A DNA stretch of 64,000 nucleotides from the NCBI GenBank assembly GCA_046563655.1, contig JAJCTO010000014.1, positions 124,001 through 188,000 of the forward strand, in the 5' to 3' direction. The notes beneath the pieces were generated by a model. It did no database searches. It had not been told where the DNA came from and was given only the letters and a program-made list of their open reading frames with translations. This DNA comes from Yuukianura sp. NJ FZ-2021. Taxonomy: Eukaryota. Below are positions 9,940 to 25,200 of this stretch, piece after piece (the first letter of the stretch is position 1; every line of letters starts with the position of its first letter). Both the position numbers and the translations under genes were made by a program.

Positions 9940-12900
9940 TACACTAACTGAGAGAGAGTGTAGTTTGTAGTAAACCGAAACGCATCAATCATGGTTTGAC
10001 AGATGAACAAACTTACACAAAAGCCTAAAACCACATAACATCCTCCGTAAAAACGGATCCTACCTTCCTCCTCCTCCACCTCCGGCCTCCTCCTCCTCCG
10101 GAGTAGCAACAACGGTGACATTCCGTTTTTGTTCAAAAGAGAACAAAAGGAAGTCGGTTTGTGCGGAAGACGACTTCTGTTCTACTCAGGCCCGGTTTAT
10201 TTTTAGCGTCTGTTTCCTCTCCTACTCCAAATAATGTTTTCGCATTTGCAAATTGGTTTTTGGCGGTTCCCTGTTTTTTGGCATGTCTCTTCGAATTATC
10301 CAAACTTCTTCCAAAATGGAAATTGAAAACGAAAACTCAAAATGGAATTGACTCATGTCCTACATGTATTCCATGGAATTTAGATTTTCAACACACTTTT
10401 TGACAAAACAACATCATTATTTTTTTGAAAACTGTTTTTTGATTTTTTTTTTTTGAAAATGAAGAATAGGAGGAAGTTCGTGACAGGAGTGAAAGTTAAA
10501 AGCGGAAAATGGCTTTTGCAAAGAGCGGGAAATCTCGTAGTGCATCGCATGTTTCATCGTCTGATGGGTTAATAACTTTCTCCGCAGGGAAAGTTCGGGT
10601 GCTAAAACTAAAATGACAATTAAGTCCACGCAAAGACACACACACATACACGTCTGATTTCAACACGTAAAAAAAGCGTGTACAAAGACGTGTACGTGTG
10701 GTTCATGTTGACGCTTGAGGACAAACATTCATAATTCGGCTTTTCTTTTATCTGTGAGATGATCAGCAGATGTGATCCGAAAATCGGTTGAAAAGAAAAT
10801 TTTCTTGTGGAAAATTGATATGTTTAGGCTGTCTGTCATGATGATGATGTTGGCGTGACCTCAGGTCAACTTTTTTGACATTTGACGTGTGACATGTGTG
10901 CCAATACTGTTAGTGACATTGACAGTTATGTTTAATCTGAATTAGGAATCTGCAAGTACAAAACCAGGATCTGGAATGTTCGGAGAAGTCAAGAGATAGC
11001 ACTGCCTCGGCCTACTCTGCGTTTTACCCTACATTTGGAATACCCGTATCCAAAAATGGTGTGAGACATGACATACCACTCGTCATCCAGGTTATGATAT
11101 GGACACATTTAACTACTTTTTGGAAAGTTGACCTTTGACCTTTCAAAGTTGACCTTTGATGTTTTGGTTTTCAGTTGGGTGGTGGGGGGTCATTGGTCGT
11201 TTCACTCCAAGTCAAATTCTACAAAGCTCAAGATGAAAAGCATTCCGAATGGGGTAATGTGCAACAGAAAAAAAAATCGATGAGCATTTTTTTTTAAACA
11301 TGAAATGTATTTAGAAATTTTTGGAAATGTTTTTTGAAAATTGTTTTCGAATCTTTACTGATTTTCTTTTGTAGGAAGTTCACTTCATTGCATAGAGTAC
11401 GAATGCAGTTATATCCCAGGTGAGAACCAGTGGAATTGGAAATTTTTGTTTCAAAATTTTGAAATTTTGAGATTTCGAAATTTTGAAGCAAAATTTGTGT
11501 TGCCATTTTGTGTTGTTCAACAGGTGCGGAGCGAGTGATTGTGACAAAGGAGACTTACAGGTGACATAAATAATTTGTCAACTTCGTAGGATTTAATAAC
11601 TTTCGCATGTTAATTCAAGTTGAAAGTGATTGATGAGTGACCTCATGTTGACCTTTCCAGATTAACCAACAGCAAACCCCGCCTATGCTAAAACCAACGT
11701 TTAAACTTACGCCAATTCAGACCTGGATATGACCCTACACCGTCTGGGAAATGTGCGATTAAGACAAGTGACTTATCAGAGGTCAACAACAGTGACGGCG
11801 ACAATTGCTCTTAACCCTCAACTATTCTTTTACTCATGCTCTCTCAACTAATCGTAATTAAACTCACTTTTACCTTAATTAACCAACTTAGGGCCTTAAA
11901 CCTCCAGTTAGTTATGTTAACCTTAACTTTAACTGAGATTCACACCTTGCCTCTTGTGAGAAAGTTAGGACCAATACATAAAGAACCATCACCAATCATG
12001 TTTTAAAATTCACTATGTAAGAGATCTCTGCCATAATAAAAACTTATCCCAAAAATCTACTAAAAAATCACTCAAATGATTAGTTTCCTTAGTTTCCCAA
12101 TGTATGTGTATGAGAATCCTCGAAATTTCAAAATTTCTCACACCATAGAAGTAACCATGGATTTTTATTCTCAAAATGTAAATGTTGACCCCCCTTGCGG
12201 GAGGTCATGTCCAAAAAGTCAATGAATACTCATTGAGTTGTCCCCCTCCACGGAAATCTTTAGTAAAAGGCGAAAGATTTATACGTCTTGAAGGGAGACC
12301 TGAGTTGGTTTTCCATTTGAACTGCACGGTGCTATCCACTTCTACATTGAAAAATACATGCTGGACCATGCACATATTAAGGACAATTTAATACCGAAAT
12401 AATAACAACTGATAGTATATTTTACGTTAATTTTGAAGCATATTGTTTGAAAAAGTTAATTAGTGTTGTCACTGTTTTAGGTAATTTGATATACGTCAGT
12501 TAAAATTGTTTCATTTAACGATGAAATCTTTTAATTTGTAGAGTTTTTGGCAGTTTGAAATTTCACTTCTGCCGGGCGCCAGATTCAAATTCAAATTTTT
12601 GGTTTGGCGCTGCATGGTTTCACTAAATTTTTCCTTTTCTCATTTCTAAACCCACAAACTACTTTATGGGATCATAAATAGGCACCGTTAGAAAAATTAT
12701 CGCCATATTGTTATGAACAATCCTAGTGCAAAACTTAAATACAATTAATTACAACAAATGCAATACTAATTTAAGTAATTTAAACTAAGTTTAGTATGTT
12801 TAATGATCAGAGGTTAATCGCGTTAAGCAGATTAAGAAACTCAAAAATCAATAGTGCCCAGACATACTAGCTGGTAGTGATAAGTAGCCTATTGCGAAAC

Positions 12901-13105
12901 CAAAAAAAAATTCGCTTCGCTTCAGTTCGATTTGTTTTTTTTTAGATAAAAACAAAGTGAAGAGGAAGAGTGGAAGTGGAAGTGGAATCGAATTGGTAAT
13001 TGAAGAATTTAATTGACTGAAAGGTTACGTAATTAGTGCTTGAGTTAACGTTGTTCTAACGCACCGGAAGCCGAGGGTCAACTGTAAGTGTAAAACGGAA
13101 GAATA

Positions 13106-15220
13106 ATGGCTGATCCACTTTCAATTCTTCGTCAGTACACGATAGCTGGTAAATCGGCTGTGGAAAAAGATGAAAATATTGTCATTGGCGAATTTGCGTG
13201 GCGTAAAAATGTCAAAACTAATTATATGGTCTATGGGTAAGGTTCATAAAATTTGTAATTTTTACTTTATTTTAATTTTTAAAGTCACAAATTGATTGAA
13301 TTTTTGAATCTAAAGTCTATGTCCTGTAATCGTCTAGATCTGGGAAGGACGGTGCCCCAAAGGACTACTACACACTTGAATGTCTCGTATTTTTGTTGAA
13401 GAATATCCAGTTGAGCCATCCTGTCTACGTTCGGCGTGCTGCAGTCAGTAACCTCCACGGAGTTCATGATTTTTTGTGCTGGAAGGAACTGATGATGTGG
13501 ATTGTTTTGTGTTCTTATCACTTTGTCTAGGCCGAGAATATTCCGGTGGTGACACGTCCAGATCGAAAGGATATTTTGGCCTATCTGAAAGGAGAGAGCA
13601 CAACATCAAATAGCATCGATAAGTCAGCTCCGCTTGAGATTCCGACACAAGTGAAGCGAACTGCTGAAGAACCAGCGGAATCCTTAGCGAAGAAACCTAG
13701 ATTTGAAGATACGCAACTACAACGCGTCAAAGATGTCCTTGCGGCGAGACTGGATGCTCCCAGAGAAGCCCCTGTTTCTATCAACAACATTACCAAGTAA
13801 ATTCTAATTTTCAAATTGAATTTATAGCAATTCGGTTTCCTTAATTTCCTTTTGTTTTAGATCTCTCTCTGATGCAATGTCTGTTGAGAAAATTGCTGAA
13901 ATTAAGGCCAAACGACTTTCCAAGAAACGAACAACAATCAAAGGGCATGATGACATCGAGATGGGTTCCGACTTACGAACAATTCTTGATTATGATTTGG
14001 ATGTGACCAAGGACATTGTTTCAAGAGAGAGACAATGGAGAACACGGTCGACCATTCTGCTAACGAATGGAAAACAATTTACAAAAAGTATCATGGCTAT
14101 ACTAAATGCTGTCAAGAGTCGTGAAGAGGGAAAGCCTTTGCGTCCGCCCGTTGCGGCTCCGTCCTTAACGACTCCCAGGGGTCCAGCTCCTGTGAGACAA
14201 ATCCCTCAGACACAAGTTTACAATCGATATGAACAGGATAGGTTCAAGTCGCACGAAGGTAACGTCAATAATTGTCAAAATTCATGACTTGCAAAGGTAC
14301 CTTCTTACAAAGTGAACTTTATGTCTTCAATTTTTTAGAAACGGAGGGATTTAAAATTGACACACTGGGTACTTACCATGGTATGACTTTGAAATCTGTA
14401 ACGGAAGCAAACACACCGAAGAAGCCGTTCACACCAGCAACCTCCCCTTATACTCCTGCTGTTGTGGCAGTAAGAATTTGACACAAATGACATAACAGTG
14501 TCCATGACCTTTTGACCTTGACTGGTTTGATACTCTATTAATTTTTATAGACTCCTGGAAAAAGTCCTATTACACCGCCCTCGAACAAGCGTGTTTCCAA
14601 AACACCGATTATCATTATCCCTGGAGCGAATACTTCTCTAGTCACCATGTACAACGTCAAGGAGCTCCTGCAAGATCTCAAGTTTGTTCCCACGGAAGAA
14701 AAGAAGGCTCAAGGGCTAAGGAGAGACAATGAAATCTTGATCCATCGTCAACGAAACGGCGTCTCTGTTCCGTATCGCATAATTGACAATCCACTCAAAC
14801 TCAGTCCACAGGATTGGGAACGAGTGGTGGCAGTTTTCGTTATGGGTCCAGCATGGCAGTTCAAAGGGTACCCTTATGATGGAAATCCTGTGGAGATCTT
14901 TTCAAAAAGTATGCTGAACAATTTACCCAAGCAATCGGAAAATGTTAAAAAATATTCTCTTTTTTGTAGTCTCCGCTTTTCATTTGAAGTATGACGAAAT
15001 GAAGTTGGACTCGAACGTGGCCAAGTGGGCAGTACATGTCATCCAACTGTCCAGAACGAAGAGACATCTAGATCGAGCGGCTCTTATGACGTTTTGGGAA
15101 AAGTTGGACGCGTAAGTTAGCAAGTTATGTGGATTTTAAGACAAGGAGAGTAGAGAAATTAAAGAACTTGCGGTATTTTTTAGATTCATGGCCAAGTCGA
15201 AACCATTTCTTCGCTACTGA
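13106..15220 (+). CDS. CDC73: Parafibromin / Hyrax (PAF1 complex subunit), multi-exon
   Basis: [11 protein letters not shown]..., [59 protein letters not shown]. About 8 exons, stop at 15218-15220. Confidence 0.96.
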
Positions 15221-16206
15221 AAGTGACAAGGGTTTTCTGAGGACCTCGTTAGGAATGTTAATCAATTGACTATACAATTTTTTGACTAATTTACCAATAA
15301 TAATTACTTTACTTCAATTACATTTGTATCCTTTGAGTTTGGGAACATCTACCTTACGTTCAATATGCTTCGTTTACTTGTACATTTCTGTTTAAACTTT
15401 AACCTAACCTTAAGTATTATTTTAGCAGTTATACGAAAATTAAAATTAAATCATTAAATACTTTTACTAACAATGTTGTGTACAATTGCAAATAGTTTTA
15501 ATTGAAGGTTTCGATTATTATTAATCTTTAATTAAGAACTGATTAGTATAAATTTGGTCACTTTTCCAGAAAAAGGACGTGGGCGCCCTCTCGTATGCCA
15601 AAAGTTGCCCATCACCGTCCAATCGGAAAATCCTTTGTGTACAAACAAAGCGTAAAGTGTGTCAGTGTTGTTGTGTAATTGGAGGGGAGAAGACGTAATT
15701 CATCATCACCTTGCGAAACTTGCGATTTGCGAAAAGGTAGGATTGATTTGATTGATTAATTAACCTTTTGATTAATCGACTTAAAGAAATTGAACTACGT
15801 AGTTCTTTCGTTGCCATGGCGGATTCCATGATTCCAGCCTGAACCATTTTGTAGAACCTAAATATTTAACTCTCCTTTGGTGTTGTGTTGCAGTATTCCT
15901 TTCCATTCTTTCTACCCATGCTTTTTACCGTCTTCGATGGTCATCGTTTTCGCTGCTATCTCGATCGAATCCTTCGGTAACTAACTCTTGTTGCCAGTAA
16001 TTGATTCTTCATTAACAATCACGCTGAAACTTATCATCGTTCTATGTTCATCTACTAAGCGTGAATAACGAGATACGCGACTAGAGTTTAGCAGGTAAAG
16101 ATGGAACCCACATGACGTAGTCACTAACGTTTGGTATGGAATATGGTTTTCATCGAAGTAACTGTTTATCCGTAGATACATCGGGAGGAGCAATGCCGAC
16201 AGAAGC

Positions 16207-19200
16207 ATGGCAAGAGAAGAGGCGAGCGCATGGAAGCCACGTTCAAGCTTTCATAAAGTACGACACTGCTTTACAAGGATCACTTAGGAATTGATCAATT
16301 GAGTTAATCGATTCTTTAACTTAAGGGGGAAGCAATTAAGTGACAGAACTAAACAAAGGCAAGCAGATGATGGCGAAACTGAACCAACTGAAGAACCAGA
16401 AGCAGAGGAAGGAGAAGACACAGCGGAAAATGCTGCTGAAGGTGCAGCTTCAGCGGAGCAGGCTGAGATTGGAGACAAGCAGCTTCGAGAACTAAGGGCC
16501 GAGTACTTGAGAATCCACGATGCTCCTGAATACCACCACAAGATTGTTTCCATCACACACTTCTACATTCCCTTTCTGGAACTCTTCTGCTTCTTGTGGG
16601 AATTCTTCATTTGCTTGGTCATTATTCTGACATGTGTCTTGGCCATTTTTCACACCGTATTTTCATTTGCCGATCCACTAGTTGAAGATATTACGATCTT
16701 CCTCAGTTTCGTCTACGGAGCTGACGTGCTGCTCCGACTTATAATTGAAATTCTACGAGGACATTTTGCGACGATCTACCTCGTCTTCAAGGTTCAGTAC
16801 ACTTTTGCTCAATTCGTCTTCGATCTGTTAGTGCTGCTACCGATAGTGGACCTGAGCCACATGATTTGCAATCTTGCCATCCCAGACGCGCTGGACTGGG
16901 TAGCAACTGTTCAAATTTTCTACTTGTTCAAACTCTTCTCACTGTATCGCCTCGAGAGCTACTTTTGTAAGTGCGATCTATTGCCTAATTTACATAAATG
17001 TATGAAGTATAAGATTATTCTTTTGAATTTAGCCAAACTCAATGAGGACAACACCTTCAACAACAAGTTTGTACATATCTTCAAGCTGCTCTTCTACTAC
17101 ATCATTTGCTGCGAACTGTTTTCAGCTTGGCTGTTTGCGGAGTGCAGTGGTGTAAGGTTTTGCAGAACTTATTTGTTAACAATTTTTGGTTAATTGATGT
17201 TGTTTTTTCAGTCGTACTTGGAATGGCTTCTGCTCAAAGGTCCGTTCCTCGTTGATGATCGTAACACCAGTTGCTACTTGACGTTCCGACGACGTCGAGC
17301 GTTGTTTCTTGACAAAGAATTGATGCATCAACTGCCAACAGCTCAGGACTTGTTTTTTCTTACAATGGATTTTGTCGTTACGATTCTAACAACAACCGGG
17401 TAACAGAAACCGTAATCTCCGATTTTATCCAAACACGGTTTGCTTTTATTTTTCTTGCTTTTTAGAAAATTTGGAACGATTCCGCTCACAAATTGGGAAT
17501 TTGTGATTGTCATACTCATCATCTTCGCGTCAATCCTGATAAATGGTCATTTGGCAAGCCATATGCTGGATTTCTGCATTGAACATGATTCGGCCAGCTA
17601 CGAATTGTTCCACCGTCTCGATTTTGCAGAAAACCTTTACGTAAGTATTTAAAGAAAACGAGTAAAAATAGTGATAAAATTCAAGTATATTATTGTCATA
17701 TTTTTAGAAAACATCATGTCCACACTATTTCATACATAGGATCAATGTAAGTCAACGTTCACAACGATGCTTTTTGATCTCCTTAATTTTGAAATTCTAA
17801 TGTTGTTTTTTTTTTTCAAAACTTTATAGGAATATTACCTCTTCTTCTGGAATTTTCGTCAAGGTGTGAAGGAAAAAGACCTCAATGCTCTTCCAGGACC
17901 AATGCACGAATCAATCATGTACGCCTTTGGATTAACACTGAAAAAATGATTCACGAACAGACCTTCATTTTTAACTAGTCTTAGTGTATTTTAATTTTGA
18001 TGGATCAACAGGATCAACATTTGTCAAGAAATATTCGAAAAGAGTTTGTTCTTCTACGACCTTGAATCATCGTTTCTAACTGCTTTAGCCCAGAAATCGG
18101 AATTGGTCATCTACAATCCAGGCTACATTCTTTGTTCTCCTGTAACAAGGTGCAGTAACATGTTTTTCCTACTTCAAGGAGAACTGATTGTCCGCAGCAA
18201 GACAAATATGCAGCACATTTCAGCACTTCTTCGACCTGGTTGTATAATTGGAGAGATTAACCTCCTCTTCTCAATTCCATATGACCATCAAATCGAAACT
18301 AAAGTAAGCTTTATACGTTTATGCTTTAGTACTTTCCAAAATAACCAACGTTGCTCAATTTGATAAATTCTATAAAAAAAAAAAACCTGTGATTTTTCTG
18401 TATTTTCAGTACGTTTGTCAAGCACTGGTGATTAGCAGCGAATCGCTTTTTCAACTACTCGAACTTTTTCCTCATCTTGTGCAAGTTCTTCGAGAAAAGT
18501 TTGGGGTAAAAACGTTCTTGCTTGCAACGTTTTCCAATTTCAATGGACTTTTTTCAAAGTGTCTCGTTTTTTGATTTAGCGATTAACCGAAAAACTATCA
18601 AGAGACTACGAGTTTATTGGCACGTATCCGTTCCAGTATGCTGTGCGTAAAGAGGACCGGCAGTCCAAAAATCCAAGATACACTATGAGAAGGTTTGTCC
18701 AGGTTTCTTGTTTCTGAAATATTTTCGGTATTTCAAAAACATATTTTACATTTTTTTTACGTTTTGTTGCAGAAAAGTTTTCATTCACACAAGACGAGAC
18801 GATGTTACTGATGACTCTGCCAATACTTACATTATGACCATGCCTACCTATGCTGGAGAACACACGAGAGTAAAGAATCAAACTTTTTAAAAACTTGATT
18901 TTCTTTGACCAATTAATTGAATTAAGTATTTGATTATCCGCCTTGTAGGATTATACTCGGCCATACCGCTCATGTCCAGTACCGATCATCTTTTTTTCGG
19001 AAACGTCCTGGACAAGATTCTACAACATATTCGTGGTCGTCGTTATTTTGATTCTCGGAGCAGTTTTTCCAGCATGTGCAGCATTTCATCAGGACTTGAC
19101 AACAAATGAACTGGATCTAAGCATTTGTCAGTCACTGGCTGACTACTACGTCATTGACTATGTAATTCCAGTTGGAATTGTCGTCATGGTCATTCTGGAA

Positions 19201-22200
19201 GTTATCATTGCGTCTCCTTCATCAGGTCAATTTTTACCACATTTTTGAAAAACATGAATCTTTTTTCAAAAAATGGACAAAAGTGAAATCGTTTTTCAGG
19301 TTTCTGGTTCTGTTTGAAAGACGGACTGTTCATAAGAATTCACGCCTTGGGATTCTACTTGGACTTGGGCTGTGCGATAGCCTTGGTCATTCCACAAGAA
19401 TCCTACGCCAGTTACGACATCTCCCTCCGAAATCCATTTCTCATCGTGGCAATCGTCGTTATCATTCAATTTGTAAAAGTATGGAGATACTTTATACTGC
19501 TGGCCAATCTTCATCCCCTTCATCTCCTGTTCATCCGCTGTTTGAAAACGATAACAACTCTGGTGTATGGAGTCCATTATACTGCCTGTTTCCTGTACTG
19601 GATGACCACAAATATCCGAATCAGTTGGATCGATTCAATTACAATTGGATTTCAAACGGTAGACTACTTGGGGACAGCAATCAAAATGGAAGGGCCGTAC
19701 TTGTACCCAGTCTATTTTGCGACATCTCTCCTCACTTCGGCTGGATACACGGAGTTTTGTGCCCAAACGTTCAATGAGTTGATAATCATTTCTTGTCTGG
19801 AAGTTATTGGACTGTTTCTGCTGGTACTGCTGCTGACGGAACTTGCCAGTAGTATTTCATGTTCCGTTCTACCGATGCTGCGATTTCAACAACGTTTTCA
19901 AGGAATAACTCAATGTTTAAAACATTACGACGTCAATGAAATTCTGTTTGATCGAATCTACGAACACTACAAACTACAATTTGCATTCACCAAAGGCAAG
20001 TTTTCGAAACCAATATTTTCAATTTCTCAAAATTTTTTGAATTGTGACCACCCTAACATATTTTTTGGCTTTGTAGGTGTAAAACTTCCTTCGGATGAAC
20101 ATGTTCTCCTCTACGACGCTCCGCATCACCTTTTTCAAAATATTGTCGACATTGAGTACCGTATTTACCTCCAAGGAATTCCATTGTTTACGGTAAGCAA
20201 AATTACTGAATTTTTGGACATTATGTTGCGAATTCGTAAAACAACGGACTCTTTTGGTTTTTTAGAGCGCGGATGATTCCGTTTTTCTAAATGTTGTCAA
20301 TAATATGGGAAGGTATGTGCTTCCGCCTGGAATAACATTCCAGAGAGCTGGAGAAATTCGACATGAGATGTACGTCATCGTCAATGGATATGTGGGAGTA
20401 AGTACTTCAAACAACAAATGGAAAGTATAAACGATTGGTGCTGATTTATTTTCTGTGCAATAGTTGTATCCGCCACCAGTAAAGAAAAAGCCAAGTTCGA
20501 CTAGCCCTGGCCGTAGGAGAAGCTCGATTGGCCGGAGACCAAGGATGAGTAGCACATATGCAGCTCCGGAAGAAAAGTATGACACAATACTCGGTCCAAC
20601 GGCGCACTTTGGAATACGCGATCTCCTATTCTCGGAACCGGCAAGATTTGACGTCAAAACGCTAAGCTACGTTCATCTTTTTGTGATTGACCAACCTTGT
20701 CTCAAAGACAGTTTGAGCAAAGAGGAAGCATCAGCGATTCATAGCATTATCCAAGACGAAAAGGTTAGTTTAATAAAATTAACCTCGATTTTGAAATTTT
20801 GAACGTAATTGGCGAAAATTTTGAAATTTAACGCAGGCTCACGTGAGACGTGCCGATCCAGAAGCTATGGAACGGCGGAATGCTATTGGGGATGACGAGG
20901 AGTCGACGGATATTCCAGTAGTGACACCGTCGTGGATGGAGTTTCCAAAGTCAGAGGGCGAAAGTTTCCCGCACTGCACTTATGAAGAGAACAAAGCGAT
21001 TTGGGAAACCGTGCGCTGCAAGTGTCTGTTCAAGTAAGAAAAAATCAATTTTTATTATTTATAATAAGTTTTATAATACAATAAGCTTTATTGTTTAATT
21101 GTGACATTAAGTTAAGTGTTAAGTGCCTTTGGCATCTAAAGGTTGCTGCTCATGTCAAAGACGGTACATCCATGCGGAACGTTTGCCAAAGCCTGGACTG
21201 TGTTCGCCAGCTTAGGAGTATTGGGAATCATTCTGACACTGTTTATCGAAGTAAAAAATCAAAATTTTAGAAAAAAAAACAGTGAACCATGCATACATAT
21301 TGTGTTTAAATCGCTAAATTTTGTACCTTTTAGCTGTTCATGGGCTACCGAACTCCATTTGTGAGATTCATCAACCTTGTGCTGGATATCATCTCTTGGA
21401 TGGACATGTAAGAAAGATTATGTTGAAACTTTTGTATATTTAGTCCTTCTCCTTACATAATAACTACAGTTTGTATTTTATAATTTATACTTATAATTTA
21501 TAGTTTATACTTTTTATAATTTTATAGTTACCTGAAACTTCACTGGGCGTATTACACCAAGAATAAGTCTCTCATCTCACATCCAGCTATGACCTCTGCC
21601 CGTTACGTCAAAGAAGGAATGTTCCTCTACGACGCCATTTTTTCCACTCCAGCGGAATTGGTCAGTTCCCTGATGATGCTTTTCTTCTATGGTGGAGGAT
21701 TCACGGCATTTTTTGGTTACGGATTGCATGCCTCGTGGTACTCCAAGTTACGATGGATTCGGTTTCTGCAAATCTACCGGTTTTTAGCCCTGTTCGGCTT
21801 GGTCAGAAACTCATCCACAAGACGCCTTCCTAACTTGTAAGTTCTGGATAAAATTGAACTTTTATCCCAAGTTCGATAATTTTCGATAACTTTTTGTTTC
21901 TAGCATCGCTTTCTACGCAATCCTGACGGTGGCAGTGAGCATCATCTTTGCAACGATTGCTATTGAAATTGGATGTCCGTTGGGTCAGCATGATTGGAGA
22001 GATGGAGACGAGTATCGACTGCCCTACTGCTTCAATGGATGGATAAAAGCGCTTGTGCCAGGTTATACTTGCGCAATGTTAAAAAATTTTTTTCAGTTTG
22101 TTTTGCAAAATGTGGTCAGGTTTCATTTTTAATTTTTGTCTCAGACTTGACTTTCTATTCAATCTTCACTCGGCTAGTAATTGGACTGTACTATTCCATC

Positions 22201-25200
22201 CAAGTCTTGTTTTGTGTGGGATTTGGAGATCTGACGCCGTTGGATGCCCAGGATGAACTCATCTTTGTGTTGATCATGACCTTGTTTGGTTCGAAAAAAT
22301 TTTGAAAATGCTATTTTTACTGTGTGCTTGTTGATTGAATTTGAATTGTTGTTTTCCATTTCAAGGTGTCCTGTTGCTGGTCTACGTCGCTTCGGACAGT
22401 AAGTGAAAGTTTTAGTTATGAAATTGACTAGAAATGTTGAATTGCAGTTAATTTTGACCAATTCCAGTAACTGCGGCTGAGGTTGACAGCGACGAGTTGA
22501 GGGCAGACTTCGTTGAACACAAGTCCCGTGTCTTGCATTTGCTGCGTTATGTGGACGGAAACCGAGGAGAGAAATGGATCAAGTACAAGCAAAATTGACT
22601 TTAAAATGTCTGCTATTTTCTCACTTCTGTTTTTTAATTTTGTGTTTTGGCTGCAGACCTGTCGCTGACTATTTGAACTACACTTGGCTAATGGTAAGCT
22701 TGTTTCGTTTTTGGTTGTGTAAAAAGTGTAGATTTGAGTTTTATTTTGATTTTTCACAATTTTAGAGCCGAGGATTGCAACCGAAGCAGCTTTTTGGCGA
22801 CTTGCATCCCTGTAAGAAAAGTCGACGAACGAAACAACATGAACTGAATGTTATTTATGATTTGCTTCAAATACTTTTTTTTTATTCAACTAGCGCTGTC
22901 ACATGATCTGTTCAAACACTTTGTCGGTGACTCGCTCGACGGCATTCCTTTATTTCAAGACCTCTCTGAACCTGCTATGCGATTCATGTTCAACTGTAAG
23001 CTGCACAACTAACTATTTTGAAACGAAGTATTTTTTCAAATTTTGTGATTGTTTGAACAGTGTTCGAGAAAGTCGTTTTCCTCAAAGGATCCCATCTTGC
23101 TCGAATTGGAAATCTCCAATTTGAGTTTTGTATTCTGATCAGGGGTTCTGCATATGTCTGCAACAGTAGCGTGCAGTGGTTGTGTACGATTCGGGCTGGA
23201 GAGTGAGTCAATACATTTACTTTATTTTTTAATTTAAAAAAGTTTTGTTTTAAAAATGGAAAAACTTGTTAGATTTTTTGGCGAAACGGATCTCCTCTTT
23301 GAACTTCCTCGGAAACACGCCATCGTCGCAGCTACCAATGTTGAAGTGCTTGTGCTCAGTCTTCGAAATTTCAATAAACTGGTCCGCTACTATCCTAAAG
23401 TGAGGGGGAAGATGCTGGAGATGTTGAAAGACAGTCTCAATGACATTCACGAGAGCAAGATTCGGTATTCCCTACTTTCAAAAAGGCTCAAAATTGAATA
23501 TAAAGATTATTCTAAAGTTGAATTTGACTTAGACCGGAAGAGGAAGAAGATCCAGAATACACCAAGACTGCCAAAGAGACAACACGGTTGCTACGATCCT
23601 TAATACGGCGGAATCCACGGTCTTTGGAGGGAATTGCACAAAGAGTGAAGAAGGAAGGGAAGACACATCGCTGTGGGCGTCCGCTTTATGGTTCTGGAAT
23701 CCATGACAGCGACCTTCCAGTTCTCTACATGGCTACAGAGTAAGCTTAACTTAACACTATTCGATTAACGCATGAATGGATTTATAATGTTGTGTTTTGG
23801 CGCATTTTTTCCAGTCGCCCGAAGAAATTCAAGTTCCTCATCCATCCAAAATGTCCAGTGCAACGAGTATTTGAAAAAATTTGTCTGTTTGCCAGTTTCT
23901 TTTATCCGGGAGTTGCCCTGTACTGGGTCATCTTCATTGTCCTTGGACCACAACCGATTATTGGGACGGATGTGACAGTACGATCTTGGGTCATCGCGAG
24001 CATCATAATCTGCCAGATCATTTTTATCATCGATATGATTTTGCATTGGATTACGCCTTTCGAACTATACGAACCGGAAACTTACTGCAAAGTGTGGACA
24101 AAAATTATGATCAAGTAAGCAATCCAAATGAAATTACAAAACATAATTTTTGAAAAAACCGTTTTTGCTTTGCAGTTACTTCACCGATCTCAACTTGTTT
24201 GTGCTTGACGTATTGACGGTTATTCCTTGGTATTTGATCCACCCGGCCCTTGTGACGCTTCTGTATTTCAGACTGGTGAGTGTCAAAATTTCAAAAAGTT
24301 CAAGAAAATTCATCGATAATTCAAGGTTTTTTTTTTGTTTCCGACTTTAGATTTACCTTTACCGTCACTTATCGAAAGGTCAAAAAGACGACGTTGAAAT
24401 GTCAATATTTGCATCAAGACTGAAATTTTATGGAAGTCTTTTTCTACTTTTTGGACATGTTGTCGCTTGCCTCTTTTTCCATCTCGCTTTCATCACTCCG
24501 GAATCACCAAGACATAAGACTTGGATCATCATTTATCGTAAATCGAAAAAAACTTTGGAAAATTGATGTTGAAGTCTATGCTCAATGTTTTTTTTTTTTA
24601 CTTTCAGGTGAAATGTTTATTGAACCCGGAGACGAGGTTTCAGACTACACTTTTTCCTGGTATGTCGTTGATTCAACTCCGGAAAGTTCTTATAATTTTG
24701 AATTCGAAATTTTTGTTGAAGGTATTTGAGGTCATTGTACTTTGCGTTTGTGACGGTCACTACCACTGGCTTGGGAGAAGACATTGTTCCACACGTTTTG
24801 AACGTAAAGTCTTTTTTGATTTTACTAAAAGTAATGAAATCTGGAAGAAGTTTTTTCAAATTTTTCAGACTTACCTTCTAACGGTTATTGCAATGTTCGT
24901 TGGCACACTGGGTGTAAGCGTTGTCATTGCAAATATTGCTGTTGGCCTCACATCACTGTCCCAAGAGCGTCGTGTCTACTTCTACAATGTTCTCCTCATG
25001 ACGGTAATACTCAATACAATTTTAAGTTTTCATGGCCTAATGACCTTAACCTAAGCGTTTTTTTCAAGAACCATCTTAAAAGTATTGGGCTTTCCTGGAC
25101 CTTGGAAGCTTACGTCAGAGCATACTATTTGACGATGTGGCACCAGGTAAACAATGCTATTTTAAAATTGCAAAAGTGAAGCTAAAGTCCAACTTTGTTG

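Noticed and set aside
23581..23603. Stop codon splitting the channel into two genes
   Set aside because: An intron at ~23465-23532 shifts the frame to IRPEEEEDPEY...MATD/RPKKF, which continues into repeat IV.
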